A stretch of DNA of 59,945 bases, counting the filler. It is 3 parts of 3 records of this genome, joined end to end, with 100 filler letters (N's around TTAATTAATTAA, not from the genome) between each part and the next. Parts side by side here need not be neighbours in the genome. Positions count along the whole stretch, not along the records: positions 36,560 to 59,945 come from SRR22947725_2207; 2 more parts are not named here. One strand, 5' to 3'. The notes under the pieces are model-generated. The model saw only the letters and a list, made by a program, of their open reading frames with translations, had not been told where the DNA came from and did not search any database. Positions 37,265 to 47,436 of this stretch are shown here, piece by piece. Within the stretch, counting starts at the first letter, position 1; every line of letters begins with the position of its first letter. The position numbers were made by a program, and so were the translations under genes.

Positions 37265-38350
37265 ATGAAAAAACTAATCCCAATATTACTATTTATTCCA
37301 CTTGTATTTTCTTGTTTATTTGATTCAAAAGAAATTGAAATTAAACCTCAAGTTATAGCTTATTATGCAGGTGATGAAAAGTCGATTGATGAATTTGACT
37401 TAAACGGAGTTGATCAAATAATATATAGTTTTTTACATCTCAAGGGAAATAAATTAGCTATTGACGATATAAAAGACAGTCTTGCCTTAGTGAATATTGT
37501 TAACCAAAAAAAGAATTATCCAAAATTAAAAGTATTAGTTTCACTAGGAGGTTGGGGAGGATGTGAAACCTGTTCAGATGTTTTTAGTTCAGAAAAAGCT
37601 CGAATTGAGTTTGCAATCTCTACAGCTGATATAATAGAGTCATTTAATGCAGATGGAATTGATCTTGATTGGGAGTATCCAGGAATTTCTGGATATCCAG
37701 GACATAGTTACATGCCTGAAGATCGTGAAAACTTTACAGACTTAATAGTTCAACTTAGAAAGTATATGAAAAAAAATGACATATTAAGTTTTGCTGCAGG
37801 CGCATCTAATAGATTTTTTGAAAATTCAATTGAATGGGATAAGGTAATGCCTTTGGTTGATAATGTTAATCTTATGACCTATGATTTTTATGGATCAGGC
37901 TCAACTAAAACTGGACACCACACAGCACTATCTTCGAACGAATTTCAAGATAGATCTGCGGAATCATCTATAGAAGCTTTAATGAATTTAGGGGTAAAGC
38001 CAAGTCAAATATTTATTGGAGGAGCCTTTTATATTAAAACATTTAAAAATGTTGCAAATATTAATAATGGTCTACATCAAAACGCTGAATGGAATAGAAG
38101 TTATAATCAAATAAACTTTGAAGATGTAAGGTCTAATTTTAATTTTTATTGGGACGATGTGGCAAATTCACCATATGCATACGACAGTATAAACAAAATT
38201 TTTGCAACTTTTGATGATCATAAATCAATAAAACTTAAATCCAAATATGCTTTGGATAAAAAATTAGGTGGAATTATGTTTTGGCAATTGATGAATGATA
38301 AGAAACAAAATGGTTTGCTAAAGACTATGGTCAATACAATTAAACCTTAG
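37265..38350 (+). CDS. Glycoside hydrolase family 18 (chitinase-like), probable lipoprotein
   Basis: SLGGWG, DGIDLDWEYP (DxDxE), LMTYDF, GGIMFWQL; LVFSC lipobox-like. Confidence 0.93.
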   Translation: MKKLIPILLFIPLVFSCLFDSKEIEIKPQVIAYYAGDEKSIDEFDLNGVDQIIYSFLHLKGNKLAIDDIKDSLALVNIVNQKKNYPKLKVLVSLGGWGGCETCSDVFSSEKARIEFAISTADIIESFNADGIDLDWEYPGISGYPGHSYMPEDRENFTDLIVQLRKYMKKNDILSFAAGASNRFFENSIEWDKVMPLVDNVNLMTYDFYGSGSTKTGHHTALSSNEFQDRSAESSIEALMNLGVKPSQIFIGGAFYIKTFKNVANINNGLHQNAEWNRSYNQINFEDVRSNFNFYWDDVANSPYAYDSINKIFATFDDHKSIKLKSKYALDKKLGGIMFWQLMNDKKQNGLLKTMVNTIKP

Positions 38351-38419
38351 GTATAAGTCTAAGCATCTGTTTGCACATTCGGCAATTAATCGAATACGTA
38401 TACGAGTTTTGTTTTTATA

Positions 38420-39766
38420 CTAAATAATATTAGTGGATAATTTTCCTGTACTATCAGAAAAGCTTTCTTTTTCAATATCAAGCTTATTAAGCATGCTAAG
38501 TAGTAAGTTCGACATCCTTTCATCTTTCTCCTCAAAAACAGTATACCTGCCGTGTTTAACCCCAAGATCGGAGCCTCCTGCAAGAATTAAAGGATAATTT
38601 CTAGCATTGTGGGTTGTACTACAAGCACTGCCATAAAGTATTAAAGTATTATCAAGTAAAGAACCATTAACATCTGTTGTATTTTTCATTTTGTCTAAAA
38701 AATATGAAAACTGTTTGGAATACCACCTGTCTAATCTTCCCCATTCTTCCCAATGTCCAGTGGCTACATCATGTGAAATTGTATGATGTCCTTGTAATCC
38801 AAGAGCAATTTTTGAAAAATTATCTCCAAACCCCATTCCATCTTCTCTAGCCATCATATAATTTATAACTCTCGTACAATCTGTTTGAAAACCAAGAACA
38901 ATTAAATCCATCATTGATCTAACATAGTCTTGTGGTGCAGATGTCGGGTCAACATCTAAATTAATTAAGCTAGCGTCAAATTCTTTCATTGGCACATCTA
39001 GCCATTTTTCGTTTCTGACAAGCTGCATTTCAACTTGATTTAATGAGGTCATATATTCATCTAGCTTTGATTGGTCGTAAGAGCCGAGTTTATTTTTTAA
39101 AGTTTTACTGTCCTCTAGTACCAAGTCAACAATCTTTTTTCCTTGATTAATGCTTCTTTGCCTTTCGTTGGTAGAAGTTCCACCTATTGGTGAAAAGTAT
39201 CTTTCAAAAATATCTCTTAATCTGTGTTCAGAAGGTATTGGTTTACCTGATGAATTAAAAGACAGTGTTGAGGTTCTAGACTTATATCCAACACCTCCGT
39301 CAGTTGATAAAGAAAGATATGGGAATCTAGTATATTGACTTAGCTCAGCAGCTGCTACTTGATCTACAGAGATTCTGTTTTTGTACAACCCTCGTAAATC
39401 ACCACCAGTTAAAAATGAATCACCAGCCATATGGCCCAAAACAGTACGACTGCTAGGGTGACTTAACCCCCCAATGATTGACATGTTATTTCTATGTCTT
39501 TCTAAATGTGAAAGTGATTTTGTGAGTTTGTAATTTTTTCCTTCACCTATTGGAAACCAACTCCAATCCTTGTAATACTCACTTTGCTTTGGGGGAAGAC
39601 CAACACCGTTAGGAAAATAAAGAAAACAAAGTCTTTTTGCAGCTTCAGGTTCTGAAAGTTTTGTAAAATTAGTCATTGACATCGCTTCGAAATAAGGAAG
39701 CATACAAGTTACGCCTAAGCCTTTTAAAAAAGTTCTTCGGTCTAAATGCCAAGATTTTTTACTCAT
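38420..39766 (-). CDS. DUF1552 (HXXSHH) domain protein
   Basis: LDRRTFLKGLG, KRLCFLYFPNGV, ISVDQVAA, HHTISHD, SLLDNTLILYGS, PLILAGG. Confidence 0.88.
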   Translation of the reverse strand: MSKKSWHLDRRTFLKGLGVTCMLPYFEAMSMTNFTKLSEPEAAKRLCFLYFPNGVGLPPKQSEYYKDWSWFPIGEGKNYKLTKSLSHLERHRNNMSIIGGLSHPSSRTVLGHMAGDSFLTGGDLRGLYKNRISVDQVAAAELSQYTRFPYLSLSTDGGVGYKSRTSTLSFNSSGKPIPSEHRLRDIFERYFSPIGGTSTNERQRSINQGKKIVDLVLEDSKTLKNKLGSYDQSKLDEYMTSLNQVEMQLVRNEKWLDVPMKEFDASLINLDVDPTSAPQDYVRSMMDLIVLGFQTDCTRVINYMMAREDGMGFGDNFSKIALGLQGHHTISHDVATGHWEEWGRLDRWYSKQFSYFLDKMKNTTDVNGSLLDNTLILYGSACSTTHNARNYPLILAGGSDLGVKHGRYTVFEEKDERMSNLLLSMLNKLDIEKESFSDSTGKLSTNII

Positions 39767-42700
39767 TTTTAAACAGTTTACTAAACCAATTTTTTTTCTT
39801 TTTATAAAACGATGGACTGTAGATAATTTCCTGAATTACAGTCTTAAAACTATAATTATCTCTTTTCACCCTTTCAACAATATACTTAATTTCTTTTTCA
39901 TCAGCAAACCCAACATCTCTTCCGTTCGCATAAGAAAAAAGGTTTTTTACAATAGACTTTGTAAAGTCTTCAGTTTTAAATTTTAAAATATAGTCCTTCA
40001 TATCTTGAATACCATCTACTTCATTTCCATCAGGCAATACTGATTTTGAATCAATAGGTTTGCCCTTCATTGTAAGCTGATATCGTCCAGTTGCATCATA
40101 GTTTTCAAATATTACTCCGTATGGATCTATTTTTTTGTGACAACCCATACATGAAACTTTATTTCTGTGTAGAAACAACTGTTCTTTTAAAGTTAGCTTT
40201 TCAAAGCCAGGAGTTTCTGAGTCCAGTTCTGGAACATTTGGAGGAGGTGGAGGGGGATGATCACCTAATATCTTCTCCTTTAACCACACTGCTCTTTTGA
40301 TTGCGTGAGGTTGAGTTCCATCAGAGTGTCCCGTCAAAAAAGAACCCTGTGACAACAAGCCTCCTCTGTTTTGATTTTTATTTAACTTTACCGCTCTAAA
40401 CTCGTTCCCCTCTACTCCATTTAACCCATAAAATTCAGCCAAATTTTGATTTAGCATAGCAAAATCAGAATCTATAAAGTTCATTATACTTAAATCGTTT
40501 ATTAGTATATGCTTAACAAATTCGTAGGTTTCGCTAAACATATCTTCTTTTACAAATCTTGTATAATCTTCATATTCTTGAACATTTACATCCATGTTTT
40601 TATGCCTGTCTAATCTTAGCCATTCATATGAAAACCCATTAATTAAATTTTCAATTTTAGAGTTTTTGATCATACGATCAATTTGACTGGGTAAGTTTCT
40701 ATATAGCTTCCCCTTAGAAGCAAGTTCTATTAACTTATCATCAGGCGGAGAGTTCCATAAAAAATATGAAAGCTGAGAGGCTAAATAATATTCATCATCA
40801 TATTCACCGGAATTTAGTTTCATAGGCTGATTTAAATAAATAAAATTTGGTGAGCAAAGGATAGCAATCAACACCTCTTTTACACCATCCTCAAAAGAAT
40901 CAAAATCGCTTCTAATATTCTTCCAAAAAGTTATATAACGATCAAGTTCACTATCATTTAGTGTTCTTCTAAATGCTCTTTCCATGAACTTTTCTATGAC
41001 TTCATTGGCATATGCTTCCTCATTATTTTGATTCTTAGATTTAAAAAATATTTCCGTGTAAGATTTTGGGGGCCACACTGGATAGTAAGGAGCTTCAAAT
41101 TCTACAGATTTAATTAATAGAGGCGGTCCTTTTAAACTACTTTCTTTAACTAAATGATTATTCCATAGTCCAAAAGTTACAATATTAGCAAGCTCTCCAC
41201 TTACATCATCACTGGCCATAGGAACAGGGAGGTTTTCTAACATTCCTGTAAATTCAAAAACCTGTGAGTCTTCCATTGAATTTTTTACCTCGATTGGCTT
41301 AGACAATGCTTTATAATCCATCCCATCATCTGTTCTTGATCCTGCAAATGCTAATATTGAAGGGTTTACTCTTTCATATTGAAAATTATTCTTTTGGGAT
41401 TCCTTTTGTAATGTTTTTGGCAATGGATCGTCTTTAGTTACTGGAGTAAAAATCAACTTACTGAAGCCAACAAAAAATTTCCCTCCAATAAATCCTTTGT
41501 GTTTACCTTTTGTTAGATACGCTAAAGTTACTGGGGTTGTAATTTCTTCTAATTTTTCGTTTTGATTTATATTTAATCTTTTACTTATAACCCCTTCTTC
41601 TTTTCGACCCAAGAATCTAATGTGGTATGAGGGCATTACATCATTTGAAACGTAAGGATGAACTAAATCAATTTTATATATCCCATCAAAAGGAACATCA
41701 TATATAAATTCAATTTCAGAAAATGTTGCAAACTCTTTGGGAATCAGATTTTTATTATCAAATGTAAAGCTGTTCTTTATGTTTAAATCTTTTGCATTAA
41801 CTGAAAAAGAATTCTCAAAGTCTAAAGCTGGTTCTTTTTCTCTCAAGTCAATAAGTCTTTCAATAGATAACGAATTATATCCTTTAGAGGCTTCAACTCT
41901 AAAAGCATACTTGCCCTCTCTAGGAAAATCTTCTTTAATTAATAGTTTTAAATTGGGAGAAGGTCCTTGCCAAGATTTTGGCGTGACTTCTTTTGCAGGC
42001 AGTGCAGAGTTTAAAATCATTCCCTCGTCAACAATATAATACCTATTACTTGCCGATCCTCTCATTCCTATACCTATTTTATTTTTTAATACTTTAATAG
42101 AATCGCCAATGCTGGAAGATTTCTTTACAGGCTTACCATTCATGTCAAGAATTTGTACATCAAAATCTTTATTGTTTATAGGAGCTGTCTGATAGCCTCC
42201 AAATTCTGCGCCTAAAACGTCATCTCCTTTGTTTTTCCCAAGAACAACTTTATATCTTCTAGATTTTGGTTTTTCTCCTTTTACCAGAGCCTTGTCCAAC
42301 GCTTCACGAGCAAGCTTTTGGTAATAATCAATATGAAGTGATGAGGTTTGAAGAATATTACCGTTATTCGTGAATCCCATTTTCGACTTACCGTCATCAG
42401 GCAAAAGATCTCCAAAATTTATGTAAACTCCTAATAACTCATTTAATGAGTTAGTGTATTGTGATTTTGTTTGCCTTCTCATCACTAGTTTACTATCTGT
42501 TTCTTTAGCTTCAGCTGCTTTATCTAAATTTTCAGTTATCCAATCAACTAAAATTCTTCTGTCATCCTCTGAAAGCTGTAGCTCGTCGCTTGGGGGCATT
42601 TCTCCAAGATTAATCTCATTTAACATCATATTCCATTTTTCAGCATCAAAACCATTAACCATGTCCCAATCAATATTATCAAACCTCATGTCTCCTTTTT

Positions 42701-43352
42701 GTTTTTCTTGTCCATGACATTTGTAACAGTAATTTTCTATGATTGGTTTAATTTGATCTGTATAATATGTTGCGCCTGTAGAAAGTGAATCAATTTTTCT
42801 GTCTACAACAAGATAATTTCTTTCATCATCAATATTTAAAACCTTCTTCATGCTTATAGGCATGTACTTAGTTAAATAGTCTTTGCCATGTGTAAGCTGT
42901 CCTCCAAAATGCCCTGCAAAAAGAAGAAAAATCACATTTGCATATAAAAATACTCTGTAGGTTTTTTTTGATTTTGAATTAAAATAAAGTAGCCAAACAC
43001 ACACTAAAGCTGTTAGCCAGCCTAGCCATTTATGAAGGTTTAACAGCTCATCATCATAATTTCCGCTTGATGCTAAAACAAACCCCAAAATAGCTGATGG
43101 AATTACCGTTATAACTGAAAACCATAATAATATTGAACATGCTGAATCCAAATTAAGTTGTGGTCGATATGAATTAATAATTTCCATCACAAATAAAGCG
43201 GCCAAGCCTCCAATAGGAAGGTGCAAAATAATTGGATGAAATCTTCCAATAAAAAAAACAAAAGTATTGTTCACTGTTCCATCAAGAGGAATTAACAATA
43301 GGCCAAATAACACTAAAGACAATATCGCCGGGACTTTAATTTGTTTTTTCAT
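39759..43352 (-). CDS. DUF1592/DUF1588-family (Planctomycete PSD/PSCyt) c-type cytochrome protein with N-terminal DUF2231-like membrane domain
   Basis: GRFHPIILHLPIG, CYKCH..EMPP, RAFRR, LASQLSYFLWNSPPD, RGGLLSQGS, PPPPPPNVP, CMGCHKKIDP. Confidence 0.88.
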   Translation of the reverse strand: MKKQIKVPAILSLVLFGLLLIPLDGTVNNTFVFFIGRFHPIILHLPIGGLAALFVMEIINSYRPQLNLDSACSILLWFSVITVIPSAILGFVLASSGNYDDELLNLHKWLGWLTALVCVWLLYFNSKSKKTYRVFLYANVIFLLFAGHFGGQLTHGKDYLTKYMPISMKKVLNIDDERNYLVVDRKIDSLSTGATYYTDQIKPIIENYCYKCHGQEKQKGDMRFDNIDWDMVNGFDAEKWNMMLNEINLGEMPPSDELQLSEDDRRILVDWITENLDKAAEAKETDSKLVMRRQTKSQYTNSLNELLGVYINFGDLLPDDGKSKMGFTNNGNILQTSSLHIDYYQKLAREALDKALVKGEKPKSRRYKVVLGKNKGDDVLGAEFGGYQTAPINNKDFDVQILDMNGKPVKKSSSIGDSIKVLKNKIGIGMRGSASNRYYIVDEGMILNSALPAKEVTPKSWQGPSPNLKLLIKEDFPREGKYAFRVEASKGYNSLSIERLIDLREKEPALDFENSFSVNAKDLNIKNSFTFDNKNLIPKEFATFSEIEFIYDVPFDGIYKIDLVHPYVSNDVMPSYHIRFLGRKEEGVISKRLNINQNEKLEEITTPVTLAYLTKGKHKGFIGGKFFVGFSKLIFTPVTKDDPLPKTLQKESQKNNFQYERVNPSILAFAGSRTDDGMDYKALSKPIEVKNSMEDSQVFEFTGMLENLPVPMASDDVSGELANIVTFGLWNNHLVKESSLKGPPLLIKSVEFEAPYYPVWPPKSYTEIFFKSKNQNNEEAYANEVIEKFMERAFRRTLNDSELDRYITFWKNIRSDFDSFEDGVKEVLIAILCSPNFIYLNQPMKLNSGEYDDEYYLASQLSYFLWNSPPDDKLIELASKGKLYRNLPSQIDRMIKNSKIENLINGFSYEWLRLDRHKNMDVNVQEYEDYTRFVKEDMFSETYEFVKHILINDLSIMNFIDSDFAMLNQNLAEFYGLNGVEGNEFRAVKLNKNQNRGGLLSQGSFLTGHSDGTQPHAIKRAVWLKEKILGDHPPPPPPNVPELDSETPGFEKLTLKEQLFLHRNKVSCMGCHKKIDPYGVIFENYDATGRYQLTMKGKPIDSKSVLPDGNEVDGIQDMKDYILKFKTEDFTKSIVKNLFSYANGRDVGFADEKEIKYIVERVKRDNYSFKTVIQEIIYSPSFYKKKKNWFSKLFKNE

Positions 43353-43508
43353 TTGCTGAACTAAATTGTAATTCTTATCAGTTAATGTAATATAAGAATT
43401 TTTGAAAGAATTTTAAACACTCAATTATTATGTAAATTATGTTACAAAACAAAAAACAGTAAAGAGGCTTTTGCATTTTAAGGAATACTTTTTTCATATC
43501 TTTATAAA

Positions 43509-43952
43509 ATGAAAAAAATTGTCTTATTAATCTTTTTTATTCCATTATTATCTCTAGCACAAAGCGGAGATTTAAAATATTATGGTGAAAAAATTAGTTC
43601 CCAAAACACTGTAACCCTGAAAGGATTGATTAACAACGCAAAAGACAAATCTCTTGCCAAGGTTAATGGAACTATTTTATCTTCTTGTCCAAAAAAAGGA
43701 TGTTGGATGCAGGTTCAAGTTGAAACTGATACTATTCAAGTAACCTTCAAAGATTATGGGTTTTTTGTTCCTAAAACAGGACTTGAAAACAAAAAAACCG
43801 TATTGGAGGGGTTTGTAAAACAAGACACTATTAGCATTAAAATGCTTAGGCATTATGCTGAAGATGCTGGAAAATCCAAGTCTGAAATTGAACAAATAAT
43901 AAAGCCTGAATTTAAACTCTCATTTATTGCTAACGGAGTTATAATTAATTAA
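43509..43952 (+). CDS. DUF4920 domain protein
   Basis: CPKKGCWM, VTFKDYGFFVP, LRHYAEDAGKS. Confidence 0.85.
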   Translation: MKKIVLLIFFIPLLSLAQSGDLKYYGEKISSQNTVTLKGLINNAKDKSLAKVNGTILSSCPKKGCWMQVQVETDTIQVTFKDYGFFVPKTGLENKKTVLEGFVKQDTISIKMLRHYAEDAGKSKSEIEQIIKPEFKLSFIANGVIIN

Positions 43953-43968
43953 CATTTATCAAAATTTA

Positions 43969-45885
43969 ATGAAGAAATTCTTTTCTTTTCTTTTCTTTTT
44001 AGCAATTATTTCTTGTTCAAAAGATCCAATTTTATACACTCTTACCACCTCTACTAATCCAACAGAGGGAGGCGCTCTTTTGCCAAGCTCAGCGCAGTTT
44101 GAAGAGGGAGAAACCGTTGTTTTGAACGCAACCCCAACTGAAGAATACGTTTTCTTTAGTTGGGGGGGGGTGTCTGGAGAAAACAGTACCACAAGCATAG
44201 TAATGAATTCTGATAAGTCTGTAGTTGCTCTATTTGTGAAAAAACAGTACTCTTTAGAAATTTCCGTTGAGGGCGAAGGAGAAGTAACAGAAAAAATAAT
44301 TAAAGCAGGATCTTCTACAGATTATAACAGCGGAACAATTGTTGAGCTTTCGGCCAATCCTGTAAGTGAGTGGGTTTTCGTCGAATGGAAAGGAGATCTG
44401 TCTGGCTCTGAAAATCCAACTCAAATTACAATCAATAAGCCTAAAAAAATAATTGCTGTTTTTCAAAAAAAACAATACCCTCTCAATATTGAAATTGAAG
44501 GAGAAGGTTCTGTTGAAGAAAAAGTCATTAAACCAGGTGTGCCCAATAGCTATAATAGCGGTACAGTTGTTTCCGTTAAAGCAATTCCTCAAAACGGCTG
44601 GTCTTTTTTAAAATGGTCTGGAGATGTTAGCTCTTTAGAAAACCCCATTGAAATTACGGTAAACATGTCTAAAAATATAAGAGCTGAGTTTTTTAACCCG
44701 CTAGATTTTACAGGCTTACCAATACTTTATGTTGATACTCAAGGAAGCGAAATCAATTCCAAAGATGATTATGTTGAAGGCAGTGTTTCGATTATTGGAT
44801 CAAATGATTTTCCTGATCTTTCTTCAACTGAAATGAAAATTAAAGGTAGAGGTAACTCTACATGGTGGCAAGGAGGAATAGGTCGTCCCGATAACATGAA
44901 GAGGCCTTATCAAATAAAATTTGGAGACAAAACAAAAGTTCTAAATATGCCTAAAGACAAAAAGTGGGTTCTATTAGCTGAAATTTCAGATATTTCTTTG
45001 ATTCGTAATAAAATAGTTCGTGAAATAGCTAACATGGGTAGCTTTGATTATGTTCCTCAATCCGAATACACAGAATTATTTATTAACAATAAACATGCGG
45101 GGACTTATTTAATTGGTCAAAAAGTAGAAGAATCTAAAAACAGAGTAAATATTGGAGATGACGGCTATTTGGTTGAAATTGATACAGATGCTCACGGCAG
45201 AATTGAAGAAGATGATGTTTATTTTCGTTCTAACGTTTGGTCATCTCACTATAAAGATGGAGTTTTCAACATAAAGGAGCCTAGTCTGGATTTTGATTCT
45301 GAAAAATTTAATTTAATTAAAGGTCATATTAATTCTTTTGAAGACGCTTTGTTTGGAGACAACTTTAAAGACCCTGATATAGGCTATCGTTCATTTATAG
45401 ATTTACCAAGCTTCATAGATTGGTTTTTAGTAAATGAAATCTCAAAAAACCAAGATGCTGCATCTTTTTCGAGCATCTATTTTAACTATATCCCAGGTGA
45501 AAAAATTAAAATGGGTCCAATTTGGGATTTCGATCTTGCTTTTGGAAACGTGAATTATTCTAATGCTGAAAATCCTGAAGGATTTTGGATCAAAGATAAT
45601 CTATGGTATAAGAGAATGTTTGAAGACCCTTATTTTAAACAAATGGTTCAAGAACGTTTTGACTATTATAACAACAATCTAAGTTTAATATTATCAAAAA
45701 TCAGCGGATTTGAAACTTATCTTTCAAAATCTCAAAAGAAAAATTTTGAACTTTACCCTAGTCTATTAGATCCTAATTCGGAAGTTTGGCCTGTTCCGGC
45801 TAGATTCGATAATCATCATGGTTATGTTGAATATTTAAAAACTTGGTTAGATACCAGAATGGAATGGCTAAAAACTTGGCTTTAA
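43969..45885 (+). CDS. CotH-kinase family lipoprotein with three N-terminal InlB-B/bacterial repeats
   Basis: IISC lipobox; repeats of Y.L....EGEG.V....YNSGT.V...A.P...W.F..W.GD; IKGRGNSTW, KKWVLLA, MGPIWDFDLAFGN. Confidence 0.9.
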   Translation: MKKFFSFLFFLAIISCSKDPILYTLTTSTNPTEGGALLPSSAQFEEGETVVLNATPTEEYVFFSWGGVSGENSTTSIVMNSDKSVVALFVKKQYSLEISVEGEGEVTEKIIKAGSSTDYNSGTIVELSANPVSEWVFVEWKGDLSGSENPTQITINKPKKIIAVFQKKQYPLNIEIEGEGSVEEKVIKPGVPNSYNSGTVVSVKAIPQNGWSFLKWSGDVSSLENPIEITVNMSKNIRAEFFNPLDFTGLPILYVDTQGSEINSKDDYVEGSVSIIGSNDFPDLSSTEMKIKGRGNSTWWQGGIGRPDNMKRPYQIKFGDKTKVLNMPKDKKWVLLAEISDISLIRNKIVREIANMGSFDYVPQSEYTELFINNKHAGTYLIGQKVEESKNRVNIGDDGYLVEIDTDAHGRIEEDDVYFRSNVWSSHYKDGVFNIKEPSLDFDSEKFNLIKGHINSFEDALFGDNFKDPDIGYRSFIDLPSFIDWFLVNEISKNQDAASFSSIYFNYIPGEKIKMGPIWDFDLAFGNVNYSNAENPEGFWIKDNLWYKRMFEDPYFKQMVQERFDYYNNNLSLILSKISGFETYLSKSQKKNFELYPSLLDPNSEVWPVPARFDNHHGYVEYLKTWLDTRMEWLKTWL

Positions 45886-45946
45886 TGAAAGTTGTCTTTT
45901 TGACATAAAAATAATTTTTGGTATATTATTTGTTGATTATATTACA

Positions 45947-46105
45947 ATGAATACAATTGATTATCATTATAAAAACGCCTCTGTAAAGCTTAAAAACGGA
46001 TCTACTGTTAATGAGCTTTATCAACAACTTTACAGGCTAGAAAAAAAAGAAGATTATGATGCATGTGCTGGAATTTTAAAAGCTATAAAAGAATTTTCTA
46101 AATGA
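45947..46105 (+). CDS. Small hypothetical protein (52 aa; not in ORF track)
   Basis: MNTIDYHYKNASVKLKNGSTVNELYQQLYRLEKKEDYDACAGILKAIKEFSK; ATGA-coupled to the next gene. Confidence 0.6.
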   Translation: MNTIDYHYKNASVKLKNGSTVNELYQQLYRLEKKEDYDACAGILKAIKEFSK

Positions 46106-46428
46106 AAAAATTATTAATGTTTTTTATGTTTTTTTCTATTATTTCTTGTCAAGAGAACTTCTCTGAAATAAAAAACATTATCGAAATTGAAGGGGATTGG
46201 GAGTCAGAATATGAAAACATTTCTGTTGATACCGACAAAATGATAATAACAGTAAACGACACTGTTAACTTAGTTTTATCTTCAAGGCATTATGACAAGC
46301 CTTTAATTACCGTTTCCTCTGGTAGTGTGATGTTTTATGATGCAAGAGTTTCTATAAACAAATCTAAAAACTCAATAAAAATTAAAAGAATAAACGAATC
46401 TATTGAGATAACATATTTTAAAAAATGA
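46102..46428 (+). CDS. Hypothetical lipoprotein
   Basis: MKK, hydrophobic stretch, IISC lipobox; IEGDW. Confidence 0.7.
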   Translation: MKKLLMFFMFFSIISCQENFSEIKNIIEIEGDWESEYENISVDTDKMIITVNDTVNLVLSSRHYDKPLITVSSGSVMFYDARVSINKSKNSIKIKRINESIEITYFKK

Positions 46429-47363
46429 AAAATCTAACTTTTATATTCTTTGTTTTTGTTTGTTCTTTTTTAAATTCCCAGACAGTCAATGAAATCTCCG
46501 TTAAAAAACACCTTTACACTCTCGCCAACGATTCAATGCAGGGTAGAAAAGCTGGAGGACCCGGGATTGAAAAAGCTGCAAAATATATAGAACAGCAATT
46601 TTCTAAAATTGGACTAAAACCTTTTAATGGCTCTAGTTTTAGACAAACGTTTAAGCATATAAACAAACGCTCCGAAAAAAAAGAAGAATTAACTTTATTT
46701 AATGTCATTGGGTTGCTAGAGGGAACAACTCTGAAAGAAGAGTTCGTTGTTATTTCTGCTCACTATGATCATCTTGGCCGAAAAAATATTGGAGAAGGAG
46801 ATTTAATTTTTAATGGAGCCAACGATAATGCATCAGGTGTAAGCGCAATGATCATGTTGGCAGACTATTTCAAAAAAGCCAAAATAAATAAAAGAAGCAT
46901 TCTCTTTATTGCTTTTACCGCAGAAGAAATGGGACTTGTAGGCTCCAATCACTTTGGAAAAACTATTTCTGCAGAGACAATAATAGCTGGAGTTAATATT
47001 GAAATGATTGGTAAAGAGTCTCCATTTGGGCCTAAAACAGCTTGGCTTACTGGTTTCAATAGATCAGATTTTGGTAAAATTATTCAAAAAAATCTTTCTT
47101 TTTCTGAATACAAACTTTATCCTGATCCATACAAAAATTATAGATTGTTTTTTAGATCCGATAATGCTTCTTTGGCTAGACTAGGAGTGCCTGCACACAC
47201 TTTTTCAACGAGTCCAATGGACAAAGATCTCGATTACCACAAGGTAAGCGATGAAGCAGAAACCTTGGATGTCAAGACTATTACAGAAACAATAAAAGCA
47301 ATAGCTACAGGAATTAGATCTATTATTTCTGGAGATGACACCCCGTCAAGATTGATCTTATAG
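46425..47363 (+). CDS. M28 family metallopeptidase
   Basis: SAHYDHLG, NGANDNASG, FTAEEMGLVGS, RSDN, DYHK. Confidence 0.92.
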   Translation: MKNLTFIFFVFVCSFLNSQTVNEISVKKHLYTLANDSMQGRKAGGPGIEKAAKYIEQQFSKIGLKPFNGSSFRQTFKHINKRSEKKEELTLFNVIGLLEGTTLKEEFVVISAHYDHLGRKNIGEGDLIFNGANDNASGVSAMIMLADYFKKAKINKRSILFIAFTAEEMGLVGSNHFGKTISAETIIAGVNIEMIGKESPFGPKTAWLTGFNRSDFGKIIQKNLSFSEYKLYPDPYKNYRLFFRSDNASLARLGVPAHTFSTSPMDKDLDYHKVSDEAETLDVKTITETIKAIATGIRSIISGDDTPSRLIL

Positions 47364-47436
47364 TTTTTCAATCAGAATTCTCTTTGATTCTTTAATACAA
47401 TCTTTTATCTTGTAGAGGTAAGAAATTTTACATTAT

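Noticed and set aside
38378-38406. Short palindromes (TTCGG..TCGAA, CGTATACG) between convergent genes
   Set aside because: Too short and weak to call a terminator or binding site
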